Origin: Paramecium tetraurelia
Taxonomy: Eukaryota
DNA length: 64,000 nt
Assembly: GCA_000165425.1 (NCBI GenBank)
Contig: CT868051.1
Span: forward strand, 124,001-188,000
Direction of reading: 5' to 3'
Position numbers and translations under genes: made by a program. Shown here one piece after another: positions 1 to 12,041 of this stretch. The notes under the pieces are model-generated. The model saw only the letters and a program-made list of their open reading frames with translations, ran no database searches and was not told the origin of the DNA. Each line of letters starts with the position of its first letter. Within the stretch, counting starts at the first letter, position 1.

Positions 1-693
1 TTTTAAGTGAGATTATCGGCTGGTTGTTTAATGGACGCATTAGGTTATTCTTCTGTTTTGTTAACGAGAACAGCACTCTTGATTTCTTTTGGAGGAGACT
101 AACTCCTGGCTCTGGTTGTTCTAGTTGGAAATTCCATTTTACGACTACTAGAATTTCTAGTAGTCTATGGGATCTACTGAGATATTGGAGTATGTGTAGG
201 TGCAGGCATTGGTACATTGGCTTGAGGATATTCTTAAGTTTCAAATTATGATTGCCAGGGTGCTCTGATGACTCGAAACAAGAGGGCAGCTCGTTTGTCA
301 GTTGTAGAGGTTAATGGCTTTTTGACTTTTTGATCCTAATCTATTTCACCATTGAGAAAGTATGCTAAATTGATTAGACAATCCCCAAGTTGGTTGCCAC
401 CCAAATAAAACAAAAATTTAATCTAATTAGAATGATTGAATAGTACATTATAATCGACATAGACTCCATCTTTGTTGACCATCTTCTGCTGAAACTCTGC
501 AATTTGATCGATTGGGTAATCTACACATATTGGATGTTCTTTCAGGATTCCTTATTTGCATTTTGCTTATAATAGTTTATGCAGCAAGTGTTCCTCTTTT
601 TAACATGATGGATAATTCGTATTGTTATTGATCGAATTTCGAGCTAAACTCCAGATATTGCAGTATGAATTTGAAATGTATTTGTTAATTCAT
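1..693 (-). CDS. Hypothetical protein, 5' part (runs off the window start)
   Basis: Code-6 frame open from ATG at 693 (MNQQIHFKFILQYLEFSSKFDQQQYELSIMLKEEHLL...) to position 1; possible 24-nt intron near 422-445; alternative start at 606. Confidence 0.7.
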
Positions 694-704
694 TATAAAT
701 TTTA

Positions 705-1794
705 ATGAGCGATCACGAAAACTCTAATATCGAAGAAGTCATTACTAAGATTAAAAGCCTACCTGTTGCTGAAAGAGTCAAAGCAGTAGCTCTCTTTTAT
801 CACTTAAAACGCAAGCAACAATACGAAGAAGAGTTGGAAGAACAAGTTCAGAAACTCACTATCGAATATGATCACTTGAATCTCCCTCTCTATTAAAAAG
901 TAAGCATTTAAATTCTATTTCTTCTCAAAGTAAAACGAATTGATTCTTGGATAAAGAGCTGCCACTGATATTGAACTATCCAATTCAGATAAATTTTTAA
1001 GTGAAGCAGAAAAGGCAATTGTGCATGAAAACAATACAGCTGAACCCATAGATGACTATTGGTATAAGGCACTCAAAAATTCAGTTGTTATTGGTAATTA
1101 TTATTTTGATTGTGTTTAGCTGATGTATGTTAAGAAAACGAGAAGGATTGGGATGTTTTGAAATCACTAACTAAAGTAGAATTAGATTTTGAAGAAAACA
1201 CTCACAATTTCACAATCAAACTGACCTTTGCTCCAAATGAGTATTTTACTAATACCGTACTTACTAAGAGATTCATATTTGAAAAAGCAGAAGAGACTCC
1301 AGTAAAAAGTGAATCAACCTAAATTGAATGGAAAGAAGGCAAGAATGTCACTCAAAAGAAGGTTTCAAAGAAATAAAAGAATAAGAAAACTGGAGCATCT
1401 AGAACTGTTGATAAAGTTGTTGACTCTCCTAGTTTCTTTGGATTCTTCAAAGACTTTGATCTTACAAATAAGAAAGACCTTGATGAAGAAGAAGTTGAAA
1501 AATATGAAAATTTAATGAATGAACATTTTGACATTGCCACAGAATTTCTTGATTCCATTGTTCCTTGTTCATTGGAATTGTTCTTAGGATTACAACCAGA
1601 AATGGCAGAATTAGATGATGATGATGAAAATGACGATGAAGATGATGAGGATGATGATGATGACGAAGAGGATAAAAAGAAATCTGTATTCTATTAACAT
1701 TATCAATTATTAGAAAAGAAAGAAGTCGAGCAGCAGCAAGGGTGATAAGAATGAAGGCAAGAAAACTGAAAAGCCAGAATGCAAATAATAATGA
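705..1794 (+). CDS. NAP1: Nucleosome assembly protein 1 (NAP family histone chaperone)
   Basis: Spliced translation (introns 900-930, 1094-1119, 1686-1713) gives IDDYWYKALKNS, FAPNEYFTNTVLTKRF, IEWKEGKNVTQKKVSKKQKNKKTG, SFFGFF, an acidic tail and C-terminal ECKQQ-TGA. Confidence 0.95.
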
Positions 1795-1846
1795 TCTATG
1801 TGTTGATATATATATATTAAAAAACAGACAATCTTCATTAATTATA

Positions 1847-3008
1847 ATGCAAAGTTTATTGCAGCCATCTCAACAAACTCTCCTAGTCCGTTCTCCAACT
1901 GAGGGATCTCTTAAGAGCTATTCCAGATACGAGAGCAAAGGCAAGAAGAGGATGCTCTATAAGAATAATAAAGGTGAAATTGTTGACCCTCCTGAAAAAT
2001 CACTCAGATTGCAAAATACTCAATATTCATAACAAAGCAAAACCAATAAGTCTCGAACTACCACCCCCACACCATCTGAAACCATCAAAACATAAACTAC
2101 ATCAATCTTTGATTTGCTTCCCATTGATGATCCCATTTGGTTAGAATTGATTCCCATAGATCTCTAATAGGATCAAAACTTTAATCTTGAAAAATTGATT
2201 AGTGAAAATCAAGAGTACTTTGTTAATTTGCTTGGATTGTACATGTAGGAAAGATAATAAAACCGAATCCAAGAATTGAAACTTTCATTACCAAACAAAA
2301 AGCTTTCTACCTACGATTCAGTTTTCAAAAGACTCTAACCCTTAGATCAATCAAATTTCAATATCAAAATGTATGATTAAATCCCATTAGCTCAGTCCCT
2401 TTAATTATCAACTTAATATGAGGTATATTCCATTTTTATATCCAAAGACATCCTATCGCACACCAAAACCTCAACAACAAGAAAATTATAAACCTTCTTA
2501 TTACAGAGATCCCTCAGAGATGATGACACTCACAAGTTATAAGTAAGATTACTTTAACTGGAAACCAGCTCTAACTGAAAGAGTAGGACCATAAAGAGGT
2601 TAAAGCACAGGAGCATTGCCATTTATTGGTAAGACATCCTATCAAGATAACTTTCGAGCAACTAATTGTGAACCAACCCAATCTGCCAAGAAGAAATCTC
2701 TGTAAATACTTATCCAAATTGTATATAGTGGACCTTTTGCATCAAGTAGTTCCATGATCTTCAAGGAAGCCTTATCGAAAATACATTATCCTGGTTACAC
2801 CTTCGAGGATCTGCCTTTAAGAAAATAAAATAGTAGCCATATCCAAAGCAATGGATCTTACGATGGACAATTTAAAACAACATTTAAGAAGTATTAATCA
2901 TTCTCTAATCTTAGTTCTTTCGCACATAAAGTACCAGAACCCATAGTTCAAGATAGGTATTGGAAATAGAAGTTGATACAAAAGATATTAGAAAAAAAAT
3001 AGATTTGA
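1847..3008 (+). CDS. Hypothetical protein with STOP/SAXO-like T-S-Y-x-x-D-Y/F repeats
   Basis: Code-6 ORF with ~3 tiny introns; motifs LSTQYETSY, LTSYKQDYFNWK, GKTSYQDNF, FKTTFKK. Confidence 0.7.
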
Positions 3009-3119
3009 TAAAATGAATATTTTATTCATTTTTGTAAATTATGTAAACCATTATTTTATATACAAAATTAAATTGTTGTTGCTTAAGAATTTATATTATT
3101 TTATTAATTACTCCTAAAT

Positions 3120-3245
3120 ATGAAATATAATAATATTTATAATATAAGAAGAAGATCTAATTAAAGCAGTAGAGCAAAATAAAAAATAATCCTAAGAAAT
3201 AGATAATAATTATTAGAAGAAGCACTAAAAAACTTAATATAATGA
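3120..3245 (+). CDS. Putative 41-aa basic micro-protein
   Basis: MKYNNIYNIRRRSNQSSRAKQKIILRNRQQLLEEALKNLIQ-TGA; the open frame is the only support. Confidence 0.3.
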
Positions 3246-3294
3246 ATCGAACAATTCTAAAAAAAATTATTAATATATTTATATTTTATTTATA

Positions 3295-3516
3295 ATGAGC
3301 AATAAAGTTCCATAAAATGGGATTTAAGTTGTAGCTAGATACTCAAGAAATACAGATGAAACAGAAGTAAAGAGAATCTCCTTAAATGATGAAATTAATA
3401 AGTATGAAGAGTTTTCATATTAATTTGACTACTATTAAGAAAATTTGAATTAAAATGATCATGAAGTTCCTGAATAGTATCAACAATAAATCTTCGATCC
3501 TTAGACTAAAATTTGA
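3295..3516 (+). CDS. Putative 73-aa acidic small protein
   Basis: MSNKVPQNGIQVVARYSRNTDETEVKRISLNDEINKYEEF...QTKI-TGA, with a typical TATAATG start context. Confidence 0.5.
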
Positions 3517-4103
3517 TCATTAAATTAAAAAAATTGTATTTAATCATTCCATATATGTATTATTACAATTTTTTAGTAATCTAATATACATATAGGTAAG
3601 GTAGTATTGCAGTTTGATTAATTTATCTGGAACTTATCTTAAGAGTTAGGTGTTGTTTTTGCAAATCACTTGCTCACTCTTTATCAAAAAGACTTAGTAA
3701 AACCTTTCCATTATCTGAATTGTTGGAAATCACAAATATTTAGATTGTTCTCAATGGATGAAATAGAATAATTATCAAGATGTTATGATAATGAACTATA
3801 GCGCTTAAGAATGAAAGCATATGAATAAATAAGTTCTTTATGTTATGATTATAAATGCTATATTCCAAATATCATTCAATGCATTAGTATTTAATCTTTT
3901 TTTATTCAATAGATCAATCTACTATAATCATAATTATCTGATACTAGAATCTACTAGAATTTAATTTATATTCTAGTTTTTCTTAATTTATGTCATTAAG
4001 TGTTTATTACATAAATGTTCGATAATCTAAATCTAAGATTACAAACGGCAAAATAGCAAAATAGTAAATTTAAATATATAAGTAATAAACAAAAAATAAA
4101 ATT

Positions 4104-5128
4104 TCAATCTATATTAGATAATTGAAGCAATGCCTTATGTTTTTGTAAAATAGCAGAGTTTTTGTTTTAATTTGCATTAGATTGATTTTTCATTACTTTT
4201 TATTTAATTTTTATTCCAGTAGCTATGTATTAATGGGATTGCATATCTCCAGAAAACCGATTAATGGGATTATGATTAATTGGTTGAATTGTTGATTAAA
4301 TGAATCCTATTACTGTACTAATGATATTTTATGATCTTATTTCATTATGATTATTATATAGATGAATCATTTATTTTTGTCCGTGATATGATTCTAGAGT
4401 TTTAGTAAAATGACGATATGGAATAAGAGTGTCGAATTTTGATCCCAACAATAACATGGGACAGTTAATATTCAAACTTTCAGGTAGTTTGACTGAAGAG
4501 ATGGAAAACTTGTATAACTGTTAGATCTGTCCTAATTAAATTATGAAAAATTGAATGCCATACTTTTGAGAATTTCTAACAATCCCATATTAATCAAATC
4601 AGGTGTACCTAATTTATCTTTAATGAGATTGAGAATTACTTCTTCAAGTGCAATGAAAGGACTGTCCAAAATCATACAACTTGTTTTTTGATGCTTTAGA
4701 GCATACATCAATGCAGTGGTAGCTCCCATTGATCTTCCCCATAAAATGATGTTTGAGTATTTCCCCAATAAAAAGTCGACTAACAAAACTACATTGAGTT
4801 GTTCGTTTAATCTCTCATAGTTAAATCAATGATACCCAAAAGTTACAAAGTCTCCCTCTGATTCTCCAGCTGCTTGAAAATCGAAAGTGCATAAATCCAT
4901 AGCAGATTCTAGTATAGCCACAGTGTAAGGTACAGCCTCTAGTCTTGACCCATTATATCCATGTAAATACAAAACACACAATTATGTGGTTTTATTGCAT
5001 TTGTATAAAGAACATTGAAGGCCTTGCAATTTGAAATCATGTCTAGGGAAGCCACATTCTAAATCAGATCGATTAAATATGGCTCTCTTTGGTTACATAA
5101 TTTATCTACAATAATTATCAAACATCAT
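4104..5128 (-). CDS. Alpha/beta hydrolase (serine aminopeptidase S33-like)
   Basis: VLYLHGYNGSRLE, FDFQAAGESEGDFVTFG, nucleophile elbow LWGRSMGA, ILDSPF; introns at 4812-4835 and ~4532-4563. Confidence 0.9.
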
Positions 5129-5404
5129 ATTGGATAAGAAAATTAATTAAGAAAACCTTTTATTATAATGATGTAATTGATAAATAGAGACTTATCATAA
5201 CAATGTCAATTCGTAGAATTGTATACCACAGTTGAATTCTAATTAAGGAAATATCATCAATAAGTGTTAAAATTAATAAGATGCTAATAGAAGAGTGAAT
5301 TATTAAAGGAGAGTGTAGAAATTTGAATAAATTTATAAGATACATTGCAAGTGTTGATCGAAAGTCTAAAATTATTTAGTAATTACATAAAATATTTAAC
5401 AATA

Positions 5405-8400
5405 ATGAGAAGAGAGAAACAAATAAGGGTGCAAACAATGAGTGATGAGCATGCATCTCCTGTAAAACTACCATCTGTGTATTAGATCAATAAGACAATA
5501 TAAGGAGAAGATGGAACTGTATGAATATCTGTAAATAATAGGTTTTTGCAATGAATCAATTATTGAGCAGAGCAAACCTTGGGACAAGTAATAAGACTGT
5601 TAGAACCTTATTAAAGATTACAAATGAGTAGAGTGAAAGAAAGGATTTGTAATTATTATAATAATGGATCGATGTAAGTAATTTCGACAATTATTTAGTC
5701 AATGGTGCAACAAATTCAAAAGCAGCACTTCTATAGTATAACAGAGTTCTATGATAAAATGGAATTGATATATTCTGGTTCAATAGGATAACTTTGTCAA
5801 CAGTTGTCTGTGAAATGCAATGACTATTCTTAATTGATTGATAAGATATGGACTCAATTTACAGGCACTGTTAAAGAGATTATAGATAAATAGTCCAGAA
5901 CAAATCGTAAATTGGAAAAGGAGAGTTTGGCAAACACAATTAAGATCCATGAGAGATATTAGAACTCAATGACTGAGAAAGTACAACGATTGCAAGAGGC
6001 AGAAAAATAATTAAAACGTAATACAGAATACGTGGAAAAATTGAATAAGGAGAACAAGTATCTACGAAAGAAGACGAATACCTTTCAAACATAAATCACT
6101 AGTCTCAATAACGATATTGAATTGTTGAAATTGCAATTAGAGGATTTGAATAAAGAAAACGAAACACTTAAATTATTTTAATAAGTCAGGCATTCTACTG
6201 AGAATCTGACAGCAGATTACGAAGAGGAGTTATATAAAGCAAAGAAGGAGATATTCGATGATTTTAAATTAGTGTTTGAAGAATAGACTCGTAAATTTGA
6301 AGAAGCATATCATAATAAAATGTTAGAATTGGAAAGAGGAAATGATGATAAGGCTAAAAAAGATGAGAATTTAATGGAAGAATATGAGGAGATTCTCTTC
6401 AAAGATAAATGTGTTGGTAATCATAAGGACTTTACAGATTCACAAGCAGATACTATAGAGTATATAATAAAATATATATTAAAATAGTTTAATATAAACC
6501 TAGGATTGCTCAGTCTAAACTATTTACTAGAAGAAAAAAATCTTTGAATAGGGAACTCAGACCTTACCACCTCAACAATGTAATTAAGCTTGTGAAGCAA
6601 ATTATGCAATTATTAAAAGAGAGTGCATTCCCAGAAATAGTGATGAATAAACTTATTTAGAAATGTCACGATATCCGATCAAAGCATTTATTGATGACTA
6701 CTATCAATTGTATATAGAGAAAGTTGAAATAGAAAAGAAGACATTTCCTGATGTATTTGAAAGTGTTCTCGACCAACTCAAATTTCGATCATCTTAACTG
6801 TTCAACATTATGAAGATGAAGGAAGAATTCTTTGCAGATGATTTCTATGAAGTAGATTAATACGTACAGAGTTCTTATTCTGTTTTTGTATTTTTAACAC
6901 ATCACTTTCAAGAAATCATTCGTAAATTGAAGGATGAATTGATTGCTCGAAAAATTTAGATCTTCGAAACTCAAATTGATTGTAAACAAGCTGTTCGATA
7001 AAAGAATCAAATTCAAAAGAGATTAGATATCTTGAGTAACAAATATTAATCGTAAGTCAAGAATTACAATTTTATTGAAAAGCAATTTAAATCAGTCTCC
7101 AGATTCATCCCTCAATATCAATAAGATTAAATACGTCGGAAAGCCTAAAAACATAAAATTCATTTAGAATTCCCAAAAGCATATTCACCTACTCCAAACC
7201 CTCTGATTACAAGCACTAATAATTTGAATCCTCCAGCACAACAGGTATTTATCAATAGTTCCATTTCTCTCTTGCCTCCTTAACACTAAAGTACAAGTCC
7301 AAACTTATTGCTATCTGCAAATCCTAAGCATTCATTTGGGTTCTTTCCACCAATGACTCCTTTAGAACCTTAATAAGATAATAGTCTTCCTTAACGTAAT
7401 TCCTTGGTTGAATTAAGTTATGATTCACCAGAACCCCCTGAAATGCTTTCGCCTCAAAAACCCCTAATAACATTGAATTGTATTATTTTATTCTATCAAG
7501 TCTTTCCTGATAATAAATTCGAAGAGTCATCAAGTTCTTCAGAAGAAGAAGTGGATTTATCTGAATGTCTAAATCCTGTAAAAAATCTACTGTCAATCGA
7601 AAAGAAATTGTTTGTGTATAGATGTCCAAGCAAAAATACTTAGATCGCAACACAAACCCTATTATAGGAAATTCAATAATTTAGAAGAGATAAAATAGAA
7701 AATATTGTTACTTAAGGTACATTGATAAAAACACTATCAAATTTTGTGTCTTGGTGTTTAAAGTTTAATAAATTCAATTATCCTATGCATATCTAATTAT
7801 ATGAGTATTTTTCAAGTGAGAATTAATCATAACCATAAAATGTTTGGCTAGGCAAAGTGGCAAGAGTAATTAAGTCAATAATCTACTATAAAAGAAAGAA
7901 TGATTCAGCCAGACTATTTCATGCTATGCTGGTCGGAGATGTACTTAATTTTATCTATACAATCATTAGTTAAGTTTCCTGATTTACTTATAAATCTTGA
8001 GCAATATTTAAGGCATTAACTTCTAAGACACTGGTATTTCAGTTCTACAATCCTAACTGGCTGATCAAATTAAGAGTATACAGAAACTGCCTCAATATAT
8101 TGATTATGATTAGGAGATCTCCCATCATCTAGGACCTATGTAAGATGTCAAAATTCAGGAATTGCTCCTAAAATATTCAATTATCTTACAAATTTTTGCA
8201 GAAGAGGGGGAAAGATTAACTTAGAATTAATTCAGGTTGCTCATGCTTGAACTTGATAGTAAGAAGGAAGAACAATGTTACATTAATATTTTTAATTCTG
8301 AATGTGATATTGAACAATCTTCTATACAATACATATCTTTTTAAAGATTTGCTGTTATTTGTGATGAACTTTAATTGCTATAGGGGTTAGATGATTACTT

Positions 8401-8656
8401 AGCTAAAAATGATGCCTAATATTTTAAGGATTCTGATCTATGGAAATTGAGGGAAATCGAATTAAAATTAATGATGATCAGAAGTCACAATTACGATGCG
8501 TCAGAAAGAGATCTCTTTTATAGAATGCACAAATTGCATCAGCCTCCTTAACGCATAATATTAGGAAGGTTCTTGGAAAGAAGAGCTAAAGAATTATTAC
8601 TCTAGAAATATACATTAGAGTGTTTGGCACCTTTTATGTTACTTTTCGAATCATGA
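5405..8656 (+). CDS. Large hypothetical coiled-coil protein (~1000 aa), multi-intron
   Basis: Long code-6 frames joined by several tiny GT-AG introns; heptad-rich N-terminal half, Pro/Ser-rich middle; ends LAPFMLLFES-TGA. Confidence 0.75.
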
Positions 8657-8682
8657 TTATAATGAAAATTAATTAGTTAAAA

Positions 8683-11600
8683 TCACACTAAATATTTAGG
8701 TTAATGTTAAGTTATTTTTTATGGGAATTAAGGCATTAACATCTTTAGATAAATTGTTATGGAAAAAGACATACACTGCCTTTTGGTATTTCAATTTCTT
8801 AAGTGTAATAGTCTTTGTATCATTAGCTCTTCTCAATTTATCTACGTCGTCAGATGTTATGAATTGTTCAGCTTTCTAATCTTAAGGCTTCTCATTTTTT
8901 TGTAATATCTATGATTGTATTAATTCCTTACTTTAAAAAACGTTTGCTTCTCCTATTTCTTAATTCTCAATTCATTTTATTTAATTGTACATTCTTACAC
9001 TTCTAAATTTAGTTCGTTGTATTTTGTTAAATGACCTAGAAAATCATCAAATTTCGGATTATTGTATGTATTAGCAATTCCTAAAGTGTTAAGTTGTCTA
9101 ATTTGTTCTACAAGATGTGAGTCTATTTGATCACTTACATCTCCTTTTGGTTTGAGTGATAATCTATATCCAGGAGTGATCATTCTATTGGATGGCATTT
9201 ATTCCAACATCAGTCTAGTCTAAGTTTCACGTAGTCTATCCTACTATTATAAATTATTATTAATTGAATATTGATGTCTCAAGTTCTTATTATTCTGATC
9301 TTACATGTCAAATGTAACCTTTACCTAATATTCAGTATTAAGATTCAAATTAATATTCCCATTATTAGTCATGTTCTTTTGACTAACTTAAATCAAATCT
9401 TTAATTTTCATAAACTAATTAGAAATAGGTTGCTTTTATTATTACTATTTAATGGGTTCAATCTTGTTCTTTTGCTTATATATACTTAATTCCCACCCAA
9501 CTCCTTTATAATTTATTTATATTCATTTATCATCCTATCCAAATTCTTACAATGTCTGAATAATTGTTACACTCTCTCTTCATTCTAATCTTAATTGAAT
9601 TGACATAATTTTAAAACCGTTACATTCTTTTCATTTCATCCTACACTCCCTATAAATTGTCCATCTGCTTCTTCAGTTCATCTCCCTGTGTCTTTGTTAA
9701 GTCATTCAATCTATAGGCTTCTATCGTCGCCTCTTGGGGGTATAGATTTTATTTAACTGTTTTTAATTCCTGTAATTTGTTCTTCAACTATTAATTTTAA
9801 TGATTTACTTTTAATTAATTATATTTCTTAACGTACAACACTTTCTTTTTGTTCTCAGGCAAAATTCTTCTTCCGATTGAAGGTGTTCTGTCAATACTTT
9901 TTCTAAAGACTAATTAATTCTTCTCGCTGGTTCAACTTTATTTATCATTGGACTATAATAGCGGTGTCTAATTTCTGGTAATTTTTGTATTGACTTGTTC
10001 TTGAAACTCTTGGCATTGATGACCAATCTAATTGCTTTTTGATTAATCTACATTTCTTCCTGAATGGACATATATTAAGTAGAGTCTTTCCCATAGAATT
10101 GCATAAGTTTTGAGAAATTATTCTTTTAAGTTAATGCCATGGGAATTGAACCCATAACCATCTCTTATAATAATAGGGATTTGGACCTTTAAACGTGTTT
10201 AATAATTTCTCTCTTAAGAAGTCTTATTTGGTTTGTAAATATTCTTGTAAAATGTTTGGATGAAATTAAGATTAATAATAATTAATAAAGCAATCTCGAT
10301 TATTTTTAATGTCCAAATTTAGATTCTCCAATTAGACAGTACTTATTAATGTTGAGAAATAATCTTCATTCAATTGTTATTTTGGTTTTTTCTTGGACAA
10401 CATTTTCAATTAACTTAATTCGCCATATAATCCAACTTCTTCGAATTCTATTGATTAACCTCTCAATAAAGGATGCTTATATGCAGGAGTGCCGTCTCTA
10501 TTAAATAGCAAAATGAATAGTACTTCTCGAAATTGGAGAATTCTCTCAGAAATATGCAAATTTATAACATAATGAAGAACAATCCTTCCGTAGAAGGTTT
10601 GTAGATGGCTTAGAAATTCTCTACGGCTTTATTATATTCCATAACCAAATCACATCCATTTTATTCAAGCATATCCCATAATTAACATAATTCAAATTTA
10701 TTATAAGGATTCCAGAGAATAAGGAAATGTTCTATATTAATAATTATTTCTTTGAGTTTAAAGAATTTTTTATTTTTAGCGTATTATTGAATGAGTTCTT
10801 CCAATTTTCTAGTGGAGTTGGGCGAATGTTCGATAATTTATAAGAATTACTCATACAGGTTTTTATTAAATTGGATTTATTAGATTGCTTATCTCATAGT
10901 AAGTATATAGATCGAGTAGACTTGATTCTTCTCTAGGAAACAAATCTATTTAATAATGTTTGTTAAGGTTACTTTGAAGAAATCATAAACTTTGATGAAT
11001 TGCTCTTGAGTGCATGAACAACTGGCCAACATTTCATCTATTGAGATACCTTTATTAACATATGAAAGAACACAAAAGATGGAAGAAGCTATTGGATCAT
11101 CAGTACAAAACTAATTGACAAGAATAGTAAAGAAATCGATTTCAGTTTGAAATTCTATTTATTATTTAATAAGTTATTAGATTATACTTTCTGCCTTTTA
11201 TAGTACTTCCAAAATTAATTATGCGTATTCCTCCAGAGGATTAATGAGGATAGTGTAAAAATTTTGAGAAAATGCAATTAGCAACGCAATTATTCTGGAA
11301 CATGCATTATCTCATTATAACAAAGAAGATACTCGAACTTCTCCACCACTATAAAACTTATCTATGCCTTGAATGAATATAATGACCCTCAATAATACTA
11401 TATTCTATACTCGTTTGTATGTTATTTTACAATCACTGTATAACTGATTGCTAAGTTCTCTTGAGCATAAATTCAACCAATATTCAAAATACTATTTTAA
11501 TTTCTCACTCTCTAATTCAACTTTTATGGGATATTAAAAACGGCCTATTTATTCATTAGAATTACTCTTAATTTAGTTAAAATGTAATAAATGGCATAAT

Positions 11601-11948
11601 AATGATTCTAGTTCTCGTGCTCCACAAAATATGGAATAATTAGATCTCTCTTTATTCTTTTATTATAATTACATTCCTTTATTAATGTTCTTGAATCCAA
11701 TAAGCAATCATTGTCTATAAATCATCTCCCTCCTTCTCTTCAATCAAAACTACTTTATTTTACTAAAATTAATGTTTGTTTAACTTCTACCTTAACTTTA
11801 TAAAATTGCTCTTCAATTCGGAAATGAAATTGTTCAAGTCCTTCTGGACGCATCATCGTTAAACATTTGTCAAGAATTACTTCAGATTTACTGCAAGTTA
11901 TATTTCAAAATACCTATTGGCATACTCAAGTTCAAATTGGTTTTCCAT
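8683..11948 (-). CDS. Large hypothetical protein (~1050 aa), helical N-terminal half
   Basis: Starts MENQFELEYAN at 11948; code-6 frame with tiny introns includes ORF-track piece 8995-9198; ends QPKYLV-TGA. Confidence 0.7.
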
Positions 11949-12041
11949 TTAAATATTAATTATAATATAATAGTAGGAGAAAAAAGAATATTTTGACTAT
12001 CCAAATATTAGAATAGATATATTATAAGCTTTCAGCTTTGA

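Noticed and set aside
1610..1675. GAT/GAA trinucleotide-like repeat
   Set aside because: Encodes the acidic tail of NAP1.
3520..4100. Possible ncRNA or gene in a 580-bp spacer with short direct repeats (TACTAGAAT x2, GCAAAATA x2)
   Set aside because: No recognisable RNA structure or coherent ORF; repeats this short are expected in AT-rich DNA.
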